DNA from: an uncultured virus (IMG/VR IMGVR_UViG_3300042540_001015)
Taxonomy: Duplodnaviria > Heunggongvirae > Uroviricota > Caudoviricetes
Virus record (IMG/VR): IMGVR_UViG_3300042540_001015
Length of the DNA stretch: 64,000 bases
Strand: one strand, 5' to 3'
This document shows, in pieces, positions 34,801-44,600 of this stretch. The first letter of the stretch is position 1. Every line of letters starts with the position of its first letter. Both the position numbers and the translations under genes were made by a program. The notes beneath the pieces are model-generated. The model was not told the origin of the DNA. It did not search any database and saw nothing but the letters and a program-made list of their open reading frames with translations.

Positions 34801-37380
34801 TTCAGTGAGGAGCAGTCGAGAGAGTGGGCCGCTGAAGTCGCCGCCCAGGCCGCTCGCGTTGCCGAGTCGCTGAAGGGCCCGTCGAAGGAAGAGATCATGT
34901 CGAACATCTCGTCCGCCAGGGACGCGATGGCCGACCTGTCGATTCGGGCCGCCAAGTTCGGGCAGGCCGGGGCCGACGCCGCGTCCAAAAGCGGAGAAGA
35001 GTTCAACGAACTTCAGCGGAAACTCGGCTCGAACAAGATAACGATCGACGAATTCAACAAGGGTGCCGCAGACATCGCTGAGAATCTCAGCAAGGGCCTC
35101 GACGAGATCGCGAAGTCGAGCCCGGAGGAGACTCTCAAGAAGAACCTGGAACTCTTCAAGCAACTCGACGACGCGGTCAAGTCTGCCGGGAAGTCTATCC
35201 GTGACCTGACCGCCGTCCGTGATGTTGACGGCAAGTTACTGCCCGCATCCGAAGAGGTGAAGAGGCGTGCTGCGGAGTTGAAGGACGAATACTCTTCGGC
35301 TCTCGACGCGATCAAGAAGAAGCAGGCCACTGGCGGCTTCCAGGCTGAACTTGACCAGAAGAAGTCCCAGGCCCAGGCGGATTTCGACTCTGGCAAGATC
35401 GACTCGGCAGGTTTCTCAGCGATCAAGGCTGAACTCGACTCCACGAACGCCCAGGAGGAAGCCTCCAAGGCAGTCGAAGAAGTCCAGAGGGAGTTCGACC
35501 GCAAGAAGGCGAAAATCCAGGCGGACATTTCCTTCGCTGATGACATTCGCAAGAAACTCGACGACACGTTCCTGTCTCCAGTTCAGAAGATGCAGAAGGA
35601 ACTCAAGAAGATTGCCGAGAACCCAGACCTGAACCCGTTCGAGAAGGCGGCCGCCTCGCTCATGGTCTCGAAACAGGCTCGCGAAGGCCTTGTTGGCAAG
35701 GATGCTCAGACGCAAATCCAGGAACGTCGTCGCGACCTCACGCAGGCCCGCGACTCTGGGCTGATCTCTGGCGGCTCGTTTGAAGTCGAGATGAGAAAAG
35801 CGATGGACGACCTCGCGTCCGCAGTCGGCGTCACGAAGACTCCGTTCGAGGCCTTCTCGTCCTCGCTTGACAACATCACGAAGCAGTTTGGGTTCGCAGG
35901 CCAGCCCCTCGACGAAGTCCGGAAGAAGTTGGCTGGCAACGCCGATCAGTTGGCCTTGTTCGACCGTGCCGTGCAGGAGGCCAGAGACAACCTCCTTCAG
36001 TCCCTCGGCGTCGAAAAGTCGCCGCAGAAGGTCTTCGAGGAGCAGATGAAGAAGATCGACGAGGCAGTCAATGCGACTGACCCGTCGAAGAAGATCACCG
36101 AAGAGGAGGCCGCGCAGGCGAGGGCTGCGGCGACACGGAAGCGAGACTCGGCCCTCGGTGCCGGGGAGGACCTCGGGGGACAGTTTGCTGAACGTCAGGC
36201 GAAGATCAACGAGGCATTCGGAGGCGGAAAGGACCCGGCCAAACTGGCCGCCGCCAACAATAACCTCGCCATTGACCGCCGTCAGGCCGCCGGTCTCGAC
36301 GCCACGCCCGCCCAGGCGTTGCAGGCCGGTGTCGACAAGATCAACGACGCGTTCGGCGAGGCTGGCAAGGGAACGGCCGAATACAACGAGGCAATCAAGA
36401 AGAATCGAGACTCAGTCCTCCAGTCTGTCGGCATTGAGAAGAGTGCCGTCCAGGTGCGCCAAGAGGCGAACAAGCGTCTTGAAGGCCTGTCCCTCTCGGC
36501 TGGCGAGGCCGCGCAGGCGCAGCAGAAAATCTCCGACTCCTTCATGTCTGCCCTGGGGATCACGAAGACGCCGTTCGAGCAGTTCTCTGGTGAGTTGGAC
36601 AACATCGCTGCTCAGTTCGACATGGCCGGGGAGCCGCTCGACAAGGTTCGCGAGTCTCTGAAGGGCAACGCGAAGGACCTCGAACTGTTCGATCGGGCCG
36701 TCAAGCAGTCGCGAGACAATCTCCTCGCCTCGCTTGGCGTCGAGAAGTCTCCGCAGCAAGTGTTTGAAGAGCAGATGAAGAAAATCGACGAGGCGGTCAA
36801 CTCGACCGACCCGTCGATGAGGATCACTGAAGATGAGGCGACGAAGGCCAGGATCGCCGCCGACAGGAAGCGGAACGAGGCTCTCGGGGCCGACACGGCC
36901 AACACCCGCGCGGGGCTGTTCGGCGAGCAGCGGGCGAAGATCGAAGAGGCTTTCGGCAAGGACGGCGAGAAGAATCAAGAAGCGTTCGACGCCGCGATGA
37001 AGAACCTCCGGAAGCAGGGCCCCGGGGCAAATCCGGAAAGCCCGGTCGACGCCTTCAAGGAGAGCATGAAGGAACTGGAGTTTATGAGAGGCTCCGGAGC
37101 GATCGACAACAAGGAATTCGCCGACCGCAAACTCAACCTCCAAGCAGAACTCCAAGAGTCCCTCGGCTCCGCACTCGACAACGTGAAGCCCGACCGTCGT
37201 GGCGTCGAGGGCTCCGACGTCCGCAGCAAGGCAGGCGTCGACACGTTCTTCCGCATCCTTCGCGGCAACGACAACCCGTCGCTGAAGGCGCAACTTGAAA
37301 TCGCACGGAACACGAAGATGCTCGCAGAGGCGTCGAAGACGCCGGATGCTGCGCCTGTGCTCGCGATGATTGGAAGGTAG
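31861..37380 (+). CDS. tape measure protein
   Basis: 1839 aa, Ala-rich helical, MATIGTLSV start, follows the chaperones; C-terminal TP.E.F repeats. Confidence 0.92.
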   Translation: MATIGTLSVAFRADTAALESGVESVIASMAAVGNAVGALREKLSGLSSIAISVDASQVKEVAKSIESLKSSVDDSSASISIDVASNGIEDLPTAVESIEEMADKASESEREVSRLGEAIKQFAESAEDGFTRSRRDALDGAEAYSAARQSVLSLAGATQGALSAISASASSASSAVGGLAAAFAAVTGSDRSLSRVADASITAAGRVYDSYETVRTTLVEVIPNAAAAARASLSTLVGTMGGFSTVVAAAGGSAAATAVAVASLGSAIVSGVASVTTYAAVMAIAKFATAGLSEETQAYVMRAASVVGVIAASVVSARAGAAAFTLISNAIWTSASASEAFTKIFTGVASGLTASIGPALRVASAVGQVVTVLQLVNAASTGSVPAFAAAAASAVAFSAGIGALRGAAAAATAGTSLLGGALGGAAAGLASFAAALPTTIALSVAAAVAFGRVEKALRHVGDNAELLGNLSDRFGQPVQEIEKLKIAAEQSGVALNSVVRAQQIFSQNVSKIKIGNLGVAQTREASAAMKQLGISVQDLRSKKPEDLFIDVAREISKLPDATKKTQVAMDLFGRTGPALLPLLKNLEQVNKDIGRLGGTISDLDFERFSAVDQSFDRLKTASGAMTDDLVIPFTRMQEAWNNASAEVIGGLAPLVGAIGEVVADLSTPFAVIVEVAGRVIGIFARIAAAVTKIATAFLPVSATATLFELLGDAVNALLSPVEGLVNALEAFASTVEEFMRPTVEGFLAIGERAAELLNIFTRFLGLGDIFGSTTASLLALGAAYLAVTSSSQIFTAVMATSAGAAIASAATTAAAWVAAGVAIAAALVGGAVVAIGLYVASVIAATAATIASCAAMHVAWLFGLGPLGLLIAGVELLALGVVALYALGGSIVDFFSGWGEGRKEIDGATASVEELAAAAAEANQGSGIGKDAKALADSLAPAGGASSGTAEVNFGDDARTAEAEFGKAREAAVQFGMSLGFSEEQSREWAAEVAAQAARVAESLKGPSKEEIMSNISSARDAMADLSIRAAKFGQAGADAASKSGEEFNELQRKLGSNKITIDEFNKGAADIAENLSKGLDEIAKSSPEETLKKNLELFKQLDDAVKSAGKSIRDLTAVRDVDGKLLPASEEVKRRAAELKDEYSSALDAIKKKQATGGFQAELDQKKSQAQADFDSGKIDSAGFSAIKAELDSTNAQEEASKAVEEVQREFDRKKAKIQADISFADDIRKKLDDTFLSPVQKMQKELKKIAENPDLNPFEKAAASLMVSKQAREGLVGKDAQTQIQERRRDLTQARDSGLISGGSFEVEMRKAMDDLASAVGVTKTPFEAFSSSLDNITKQFGFAGQPLDEVRKKLAGNADQLALFDRAVQEARDNLLQSLGVEKSPQKVFEEQMKKIDEAVNATDPSKKITEEEAAQARAAATRKRDSALGAGEDLGGQFAERQAKINEAFGGGKDPAKLAAANNNLAIDRRQAAGLDATPAQALQAGVDKINDAFGEAGKGTAEYNEAIKKNRDSVLQSVGIEKSAVQVRQEANKRLEGLSLSAGEAAQAQQKISDSFMSALGITKTPFEQFSGELDNIAAQFDMAGEPLDKVRESLKGNAKDLELFDRAVKQSRDNLLASLGVEKSPQQVFEEQMKKIDEAVNSTDPSMRITEDEATKARIAADRKRNEALGADTANTRAGLFGEQRAKIEEAFGKDGEKNQEAFDAAMKNLRKQGPGANPESPVDAFKESMKELEFMRGSGAIDNKEFADRKLNLQAELQESLGSALDNVKPDRRGVEGSDVRSKAGVDTFFRILRGNDNPSLKAQLEIARNTKMLAEASKTPDAAPVLAMIGR

Positions 37381-37382
37381 TC

Positions 37383-38249
37383 ATGGCCGTCGTCAGTTGC
37401 AGAGAGATTTATCGGGGACGCCAAAGGTCCGCTGTTTTTGCGGAGGTCTCGACGTATCTTCGCGTCTGGATCGTCACTGTAGACGACGCCAACCAAAACT
37501 TTCAGGAAATTTCAGCAGCACCGGGGGTCGCTTGGCTCGACCCCCACCCCGAGAACCAGTACGCGTTCCTGGCCGAGTCAAGTGTTCAACTTGAAGGCGA
37601 CAGTCCGTTTCACTATCGCCTGACGTTCACCTACAAGGGCATGAAGCCCGAAGAGGCGAACCCGATTCCGACGAGCAGGCCTCCGCAGTTCTCGTTCTCG
37701 GGCTCGCTCGCCAGTGCCCCGTGCTTCTGGCACTACCCAAACCCGGGCGACAACGGCACGAAGCAAATCATCATCAATACCGCCGGAGACCCGATCGGCG
37801 GCCTCGACCGCGACGAGGGCGAGTTCACGGTGACGATTTCGGCCAACACCGAGCCGCCGTTCCCCTATGTCAAGGCCCAAAACTACGTCGGAGCGATCAA
37901 CAGCGACTCCTGGAGCGGCGGGGCCGCGAAAACCTGGAAGTGCCTGAGCATCACCGGCAATCGCAAGATCGAAGACATTGCTGGAATCCAGTACGTCTAC
38001 TACGAGGTCTCGACGACGCTCGCGTATCGTGGCACGGGATGGGACCTTCAGACCTGGGACGTCGGATTCAACGAGATCGTCGGAGGCCAGCGGAAGAAGA
38101 TTCTCGCCGGGAAGGACCCTGTCTCCGAGCCCGCCGCGCTCAGTAACGGCCGCGCCAAGCCCCCAGGCCAGCCTCCAGACCTCCGCACGTTTCGCATCTA
38201 CCAGATGCTTCCGTTCAACGGCACGTTCCCTGTGATTCCGGATACCTGA
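37383..38249 (+). CDS. minor tail (distal tail-like) protein
   Basis: directly after TMP; HP...NTAGDP motif. Confidence 0.6.
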   Translation: MAVVSCREIYRGRQRSAVFAEVSTYLRVWIVTVDDANQNFQEISAAPGVAWLDPHPENQYAFLAESSVQLEGDSPFHYRLTFTYKGMKPEEANPIPTSRPPQFSFSGSLASAPCFWHYPNPGDNGTKQIIINTAGDPIGGLDRDEGEFTVTISANTEPPFPYVKAQNYVGAINSDSWSGGAAKTWKCLSITGNRKIEDIAGIQYVYYEVSTTLAYRGTGWDLQTWDVGFNEIVGGQRKKILAGKDPVSEPAALSNGRAKPPGQPPDLRTFRIYQMLPFNGTFPVIPDT

Positions 38250-38251
38250 TT

Positions 38252-38626
38252 ATGAACCCTGGAATGAACAAGCCCGTCACGTTCACTTTCGGCGACGCCG
38301 AGCGGATTGGGCACGCCGTCAAAAAGTCGGAACGCGAGAGGCGTGGCCGGAAGCCGAGTTCCCTGCCGAGGGCGGCGGGGAGTGGCGGAAGCGGAGGCGG
38401 AAGCGGAGGCGGCGTTGAGTTTGCCACGTTCGCTGGATCGTGGTTCAAGGGAACTTACAAGACGATCACGCTTCTTCCTGGAACGGCAACAGCATCTGCG
38501 TACAACTCGCTCTCAAGCATTGCTGGCACCGGCTCCGGAAGGAACTGTACGGTCTCCGTATTTCCAGGCCCTGGCCCGAGCGGAGAAGAAGACGAGTACC
38601 GCCTAGTCTCTGCGGAGTGCTCGTGA
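38252..38626 (+). CDS. minor tail protein
   Basis: synteny; DAERI..AV...E, GSW.KG motifs. Confidence 0.55.
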   Translation: MNPGMNKPVTFTFGDAERIGHAVKKSERERRGRKPSSLPRAAGSGGSGGGSGGGVEFATFAGSWFKGTYKTITLLPGTATASAYNSLSSIAGTGSGRNCTVSVFPGPGPSGEEDEYRLVSAECS

Positions 38627-38627
38627 G

Positions 38628-41600
38628 ATGAGCGGCCTCGGGATCGGCGACTGCCTGAAGCGGTTTCTGTGCTGCTTCCCGCGAGTGTATGCTTGGTTTT
38701 TTTTTACCACAGGAGAACTGAATGCTGTCGGCCGCGCCGCCGACTCTGGGGAAGGGTTAAAAACTCCTTCGCTTTTTGGCTATTCGGGCCCTTCAATAAT
38801 TGATCGGCAAGATGATTGGAAGTTTGTCGCGGGGGGGTCGTTGAACGGATATGGAATCAAGGAGGACGGCTCGCTTTGGGCGTGGGGCTCAGGGATGATC
38901 GGAGACGGAACTCTCTCCTCAAGTTCTGTGCCGGTTTATGTAAGTCCCGGTCCGTGGAAGTTTGTCTCCACAAGTTTGGGCGGGCCCAATGCGGCACTGG
39001 CTATCAAAGAAGACGGCACAATGTGGGCGTGGGGTGAAAATTCTGACGGGCAGTTAGGCCTCGGCCGATCCGGGCGGCCTCCTGGGGATTCGGCCCCCAG
39101 GGCGAGGCTCTCCTCTTCGGTGTCTCGCGTCGACGTCGCAGGCTCAGGTTATTACTCCAAGACGCCGTCTGTCTCCTTTTTTTATAAGGACGGCAGAAGT
39201 CAATACTCATCGGAAGTATCGGGCCCTGGGTCGGGGGCCGTGGCCGAAGCGGTCATGGATTACGGGCTCGACCTCTATCAAGTCGTTGTCGAGGAAGCCG
39301 GGGGCGAATACAAAAGCATACCTACAGTCAAAGTGACGCCGCAGGATATTGCTCCGACCGAAGAGGCTTCTGTAAGCCTCACTGTTCGATTTCAGGTACT
39401 TTCCATCGAAGTCACAGGAGGCGGAGACGGGTATCAGTCTCCCCCAGCCGTGTCGGTCCCTGGCGTTTCCGGATTTTCGGCCACGGCTTTCGTTGACGGC
39501 GGCAGGGTAACTTCAATAGAAGTCCAGTCTCCCGGGGCCATAGAACTAACATCGACTGGCGACGGGGGCAGCGACCGCGTGCTCCCGGTTACGATTGCTG
39601 GGGGCGGGCTGGGGGCGGCTGCTATTGCGAGGCTTGGCGGCGGGTACGTTGTCAGCGGAAGCGTGGTTTCGGCAGGGAAAGGCTACAGAAGTCCGATCGC
39701 CCTTGAAATCTCTTCCGGCTCCGCAAGAGTTTCCTGCCGATCTCGCGGAGGCGTGAAAGGCGTAAAAATAATAAGCGGCGGAAGTGGCTACACGAACGCC
39801 AGTTCGCAGGCGTTGTTTGCAAGGTTTAACAGGCAGGCTGGAGATGCTTACCCCTACGGCGGTGTCATCGACGCCCCCGCGTCAATAGCCCCGGCGATGG
39901 CGACCATCGAGTGGGGCGGAAATCTTGAGTCATATTTATCGCATCCATTCTTTACCGGAAGAAGCGGAAGGCTCTCCGCTTTTTCTTTTCCCTACAGCGT
40001 GACGAATTTAGTCTCGCTTGAGGCAAGGATCGTGGGCGGTGGACTTTCGTGGAGCGACGGCATCCCGGTCGCCTATTCTGGCGGAGTCCTTTCTTACGAC
40101 GGATCGTCTGAGTACGGTTTTTACTCCACGCCTTTCATTCAAATAAGGCTGTCAACCTCTACTAGCATCCCAACCGACTACGGAAGACTGGGCACATACC
40201 TATATTACGAAGGCGACGACCCTCGCAAAGCAGTTGAGGACGCCTGGGACGTTGAGTACAGCAAAGGCCCGCCCTTCATAGGATGGGTTTATGGCGTGCC
40301 GTGCCAACCGGCCAAGTGCCAGTTTCACACGATTACAAAAGAATCTGGGGACCTCGTTGAGTTCGTCAACGGCCTCACGGGCGAGGCATCTCTTGTTCCT
40401 AGGGTTATAGGTGCGGCTATTAGTTGGTGGAATCAGACCGCATACGCAACGATCAGCGGGGACCCCAAATTAAACATAGAGTTCGGCGACGCGGAGTACG
40501 AACTTTTTGACGTGTTTGACGGCTCTGCTTATTTTAATGTCAAGAGCAGGGGCAGCGAGTATCTAAGAGCGTCGTCCGAGGACCTGCCGCCCCCTCCTCC
40601 GCAGGCCGACAGTTGCGGAATCACGACGACTTTTGAGCGCAAGAAAGTCACTGTCGACGATCGGATGCCGCAGTTGACTCTCTCCGGGCACGTCGCCAAC
40701 CCGTACACGTTCGCAAGGTCGGTTCCGGTTCCGGAGTTTTCCTTTAATGGCCCCAAGTCATCGCCCGGCCGAGCCTATTTCGTATTTGGGGGCGGGAGGG
40801 AGCAGGGAAGTTTTTCCGTGGGGGCCGGAGGAGTTCAAGTTCATCGAGTCGGCGGATACTGGACCGAGGAGCCAACCGTCACCCAAGTCGACGGTGTCGT
40901 TCTCGTCCCGCAGCAGGTTGCTGGCGAGTGGCAGCACTGCGAGGTCGGCAACAGAATGGCCGTCTCGGCATCCGGAGAAGTTTTTGGCTGGTCTTCCGCC
41001 GCCCCGTGGCCTGCAAGCGTTGGGCGACCCGTAGAAATCTCTGTCGAATGGAACAAAGACAGCGTCACGTCCGGCGGCTTTTCCGGCGGCTGGTGGTGGG
41101 GAGGTCAAGCCTTCACTCACGGTGCCGTTTCATCGTATGAAGTCAGAGGATACAGAGTCTACTTCAGTAATGACACGGACCAAAGATTCTTCACGATGTC
41201 GCCCCCAAATTACGTCGGCGGCAGCGGAGCCGGAATCACGAGCACTAAAAGATTGTGCTATGAGTACGATTTTTACCCGGCCGAATTGTTTAATGACCAC
41301 TTTTTGCCAAGGACGAAGAGCAGCGACGAGAAGTCGGGCGTAGACGGGGAAGCCCCAGTGGCATCCTCAAAATACGCGGATTTCTATTCAAATGAATTCT
41401 CGACGCCTCCGCTGACGGTATTTTCAACAGGCTCAGGCTACTACTCTCCACCGGAGATTCTTTTTTCTCCCGGCGGCGATCCTCTTGTCAGCGTGAACGC
41501 GGAACTTTCAGATGTTCCGCCTTTTCAAGAGACGCAAGGAAATTTTGCGATGACGGAGGGTGGCGAACTGTGGTCGCTCTCCGGGGGGTCGCGAATCGTT

Positions 41601-44600
41601 GACTTTGACTACAAGGTTGTAGCGAGAAAGGCAACATTTGAATCCTCGCCTCTCTACAACGTATTCGGAATCTCAGCCGGATCGTCTGAGGTCACGACTC
41701 GCATCGGCGAGAACGAGTACATCTGGAAAAATGTTTCGCCGTACTATCGATGGTCTGGCTGGAATTACTACGGCTCCGTCGCCGAGTTCTCTCGCGAGAA
41801 GAGCCCAGTAAACCACGAGACCGTCGATTCAATTGATGCAGTGGTCGGGTATGCGATTGTGTTTGACGACGGCGGCAGCGGATTTGACAACTACAGCACA
41901 TGGAATATCCGCATAACGAGGCCTGCGCAGATTGCAGTCGCCGGGGGGGTTGCCGACTCTGGCCTCTACGGAGGGTACGGATACTCCTCGACGACCTTCG
42001 GCGGCCAGGAGCAGCCGCTGCCTGAGTTTCCAGACAAGAAAGGATACAAACTTGCAAAGCACTCATACGATATGTCCGTCGCGTATTCCCAGTGCATGGG
42101 CAATAGCAGCAACGCCCAGCCGCCAAGCGAGAGTTCGTACAAGTTCCCGCAGGCCTCCCTGGGCCTCGCGAGTTCCTGTAGCCACAGGGTCGAGGAGAGA
42201 ATTGTAGAAACAGGGGGGGGTGCGATCAACATCCATACGACTACATGGATGGGATCGCTTATGCCGCCATCCTTCGATTTTCCGATATTCGTGTCCTCGA
42301 CGAGCCGACTCAGCGACGAGCCAACGGTGGAATTTATTGGCTCTGGCTCCTACGAGTCCCCGCCGTCGTATCGCGTCATCCCCGTGCGTGGATATCTCCA
42401 GGCCACTGGAGGGCAGCAAAAAGTCGACGGCTCTTGGTCTGATTTCCAGATAGAGTCTGGCGTAAGGAAACTTTACAAGTATTCTTTCCCGACATTTACG
42501 GGATTCCCCGCTCCCGGCACTGAAGCCGAGTTCGTAAAGACAGACCGCCACGTCGGCCTAAAGGCAGATGGATCGTTGTGGCGGCTCGGTTCGCCGGGCA
42601 CGAGCCCCTCCAGGGTCATGGGCAACCTCGAAGTCAAAGTCACTTCTTCGGGCTATGGATACAAGTCCCCCCCCCTCGCTGAAATTTCTCAGCAACGCCT
42701 TGGAGTTGCCAAGGCCACGGCGACCTTTGACGGGAAGGTTGTTGCAGTTGGCATCGACAACCAAGGGGCTGGTTACAGAACGCCACCGCAACTTACTGTT
42801 TCTGGGGGGGCTCAACTCCAGGCCGTCATCCTTGGCCCAGTCGATTCCGTGACGGTCACGAACGGCGGCTCTGGGTACAGGAACCCGCCGCGCGTTATTT
42901 TCTCGACGCCCGGCGTATCCGCATCAGGCAAGGCAAGCGTGAGGGGCAGCGTCTCGTCTGCCTGGGTCATCGACGGGGGCGAGGGCTACGCAACGCCTCC
43001 GACGATCTCGATGGGCGGGAACGCGGTCGCAACCGCGACAATCAAGGGGTATGTCCAGGGTGTCGTTGTCAATGAGGGCGGCCTCTACTCGTCGGCTCCG
43101 GCCGTGAGTTTTTCGGGAGGCGGAGGCTCTGGGGCGACGGCAGTCGCCGTCATGTCGAGATCGGGGACTTCGCTGAGAGTTTCGTCCGTGGTGGTGACGA
43201 GTTCCGGCAGCGGGTACACGTCTTCGCCGACTGTGAATTTTTCGGGCGACGGCGGGGCCGCCGCAACGGCTGCTCTTAACGCGTCGGTTGACAGCGTGTC
43301 CCTAAATTCAGGAGGAAGTGGGTATACGGATCACCCAACCGTGACCGCCGACGGACTCGCAAGGCGGAACGCGACGCTTGCGGCACTCTGCTCGTTTGGC
43401 GTCGACTCCGTTTCTGTCGTCAATGGCGGCTCCTACAGGGCCGCCCCGACGGCATCGTTCGAGGCGATCGGCGAGATTTCCTCTGTCAGCCTCACGAGCG
43501 GAGGAGGTGGGTACTCGTCAACGCCGGAAGTGAAGATTCTTGGCGGGCTCGGCTCTGGCGCAGAAGCGGCCTGCACGATATCTGCCTCGATTCAAAGTTT
43601 TGTCGTCACAAACGGAGGCAGCGGATACCTGTACCCGCCGTATGTGCTGATCACTAGCGGCAGGCGGCCAAACCAAAGCACGCAGGCCAAGGCGTCGGCA
43701 GCCCTCGTCGGCGGAGCCGTCGCTTCCATCTCCGTCGACTCTGAAGGCAGCGGCTACTACGAACAGCCAACGGTGGCCTTCAAGTTCCCCGAGTCTGCAA
43801 TTGCAAACGCTTCCGTGTCTAACGGCTCCGTCTCGGGGGTCGAGGTTCTCTCCGGCGGATGCTGGTACACCGACCCGCCGCTGGTTGTGTTCGAGGGGGC
43901 CGGGACGGGGGCCTCCGCCACGGCGCAGGTGCAAGACGGCTTGGTCACGTCGGTCAACATGATCAGCGGGGGAAGCGGGTACTCGACTCCACCGAAGGTG
44001 AACTTTGTCGTTCCCTCGGGCGGGCGCGGCGCGCGGGCTGCGGCGGTTCTCTCCGGAGAGGTTGACTCCATCAGGCTCATTTCCTGCGGAGCGAACTACG
44101 ACGCTGACGCCCTTCCGGAAGTGCTATTCATTGGCGGCGGCGGCGACGGCGCGTCGGCCTCGCTCGCCGTCGCGAAGTCGGGTTCCGGCGGCTCGGCCAC
44201 GGCGACGATTAGCGGTTCTATTATCTACGCAAAAATCACGAACCAGGGCTCTGGATACCAGGACGAGCCGACGGTCACAGTCTCCGATTCAACGAATTTC
44301 ATTCTTCAAAAAGCGTCGCAGGACTACGCCGACGGGCTAATTGGCGAAGATGAATATAACGAGATCACAAACGCCAGCAGGGCCGTGGTGAGGGCAGGTA
44401 TTGCGGGAAAGGTTACTTCAATAACAGTCGATAGCGGCGGATCAAATTATGCAGATGTAAGCGGCACAGTCGCGAACCAGCACGGCGAAAGAAAGCCCAA
44501 GAGCGTTTTTCTGAAAGGGCCGACGACTTCATTGGAGTTGTCGGGCAGGGCACTTGATCTAAGCAAAGTTTCAGTGTCTTCAAACATTGGCCCTGGCGGA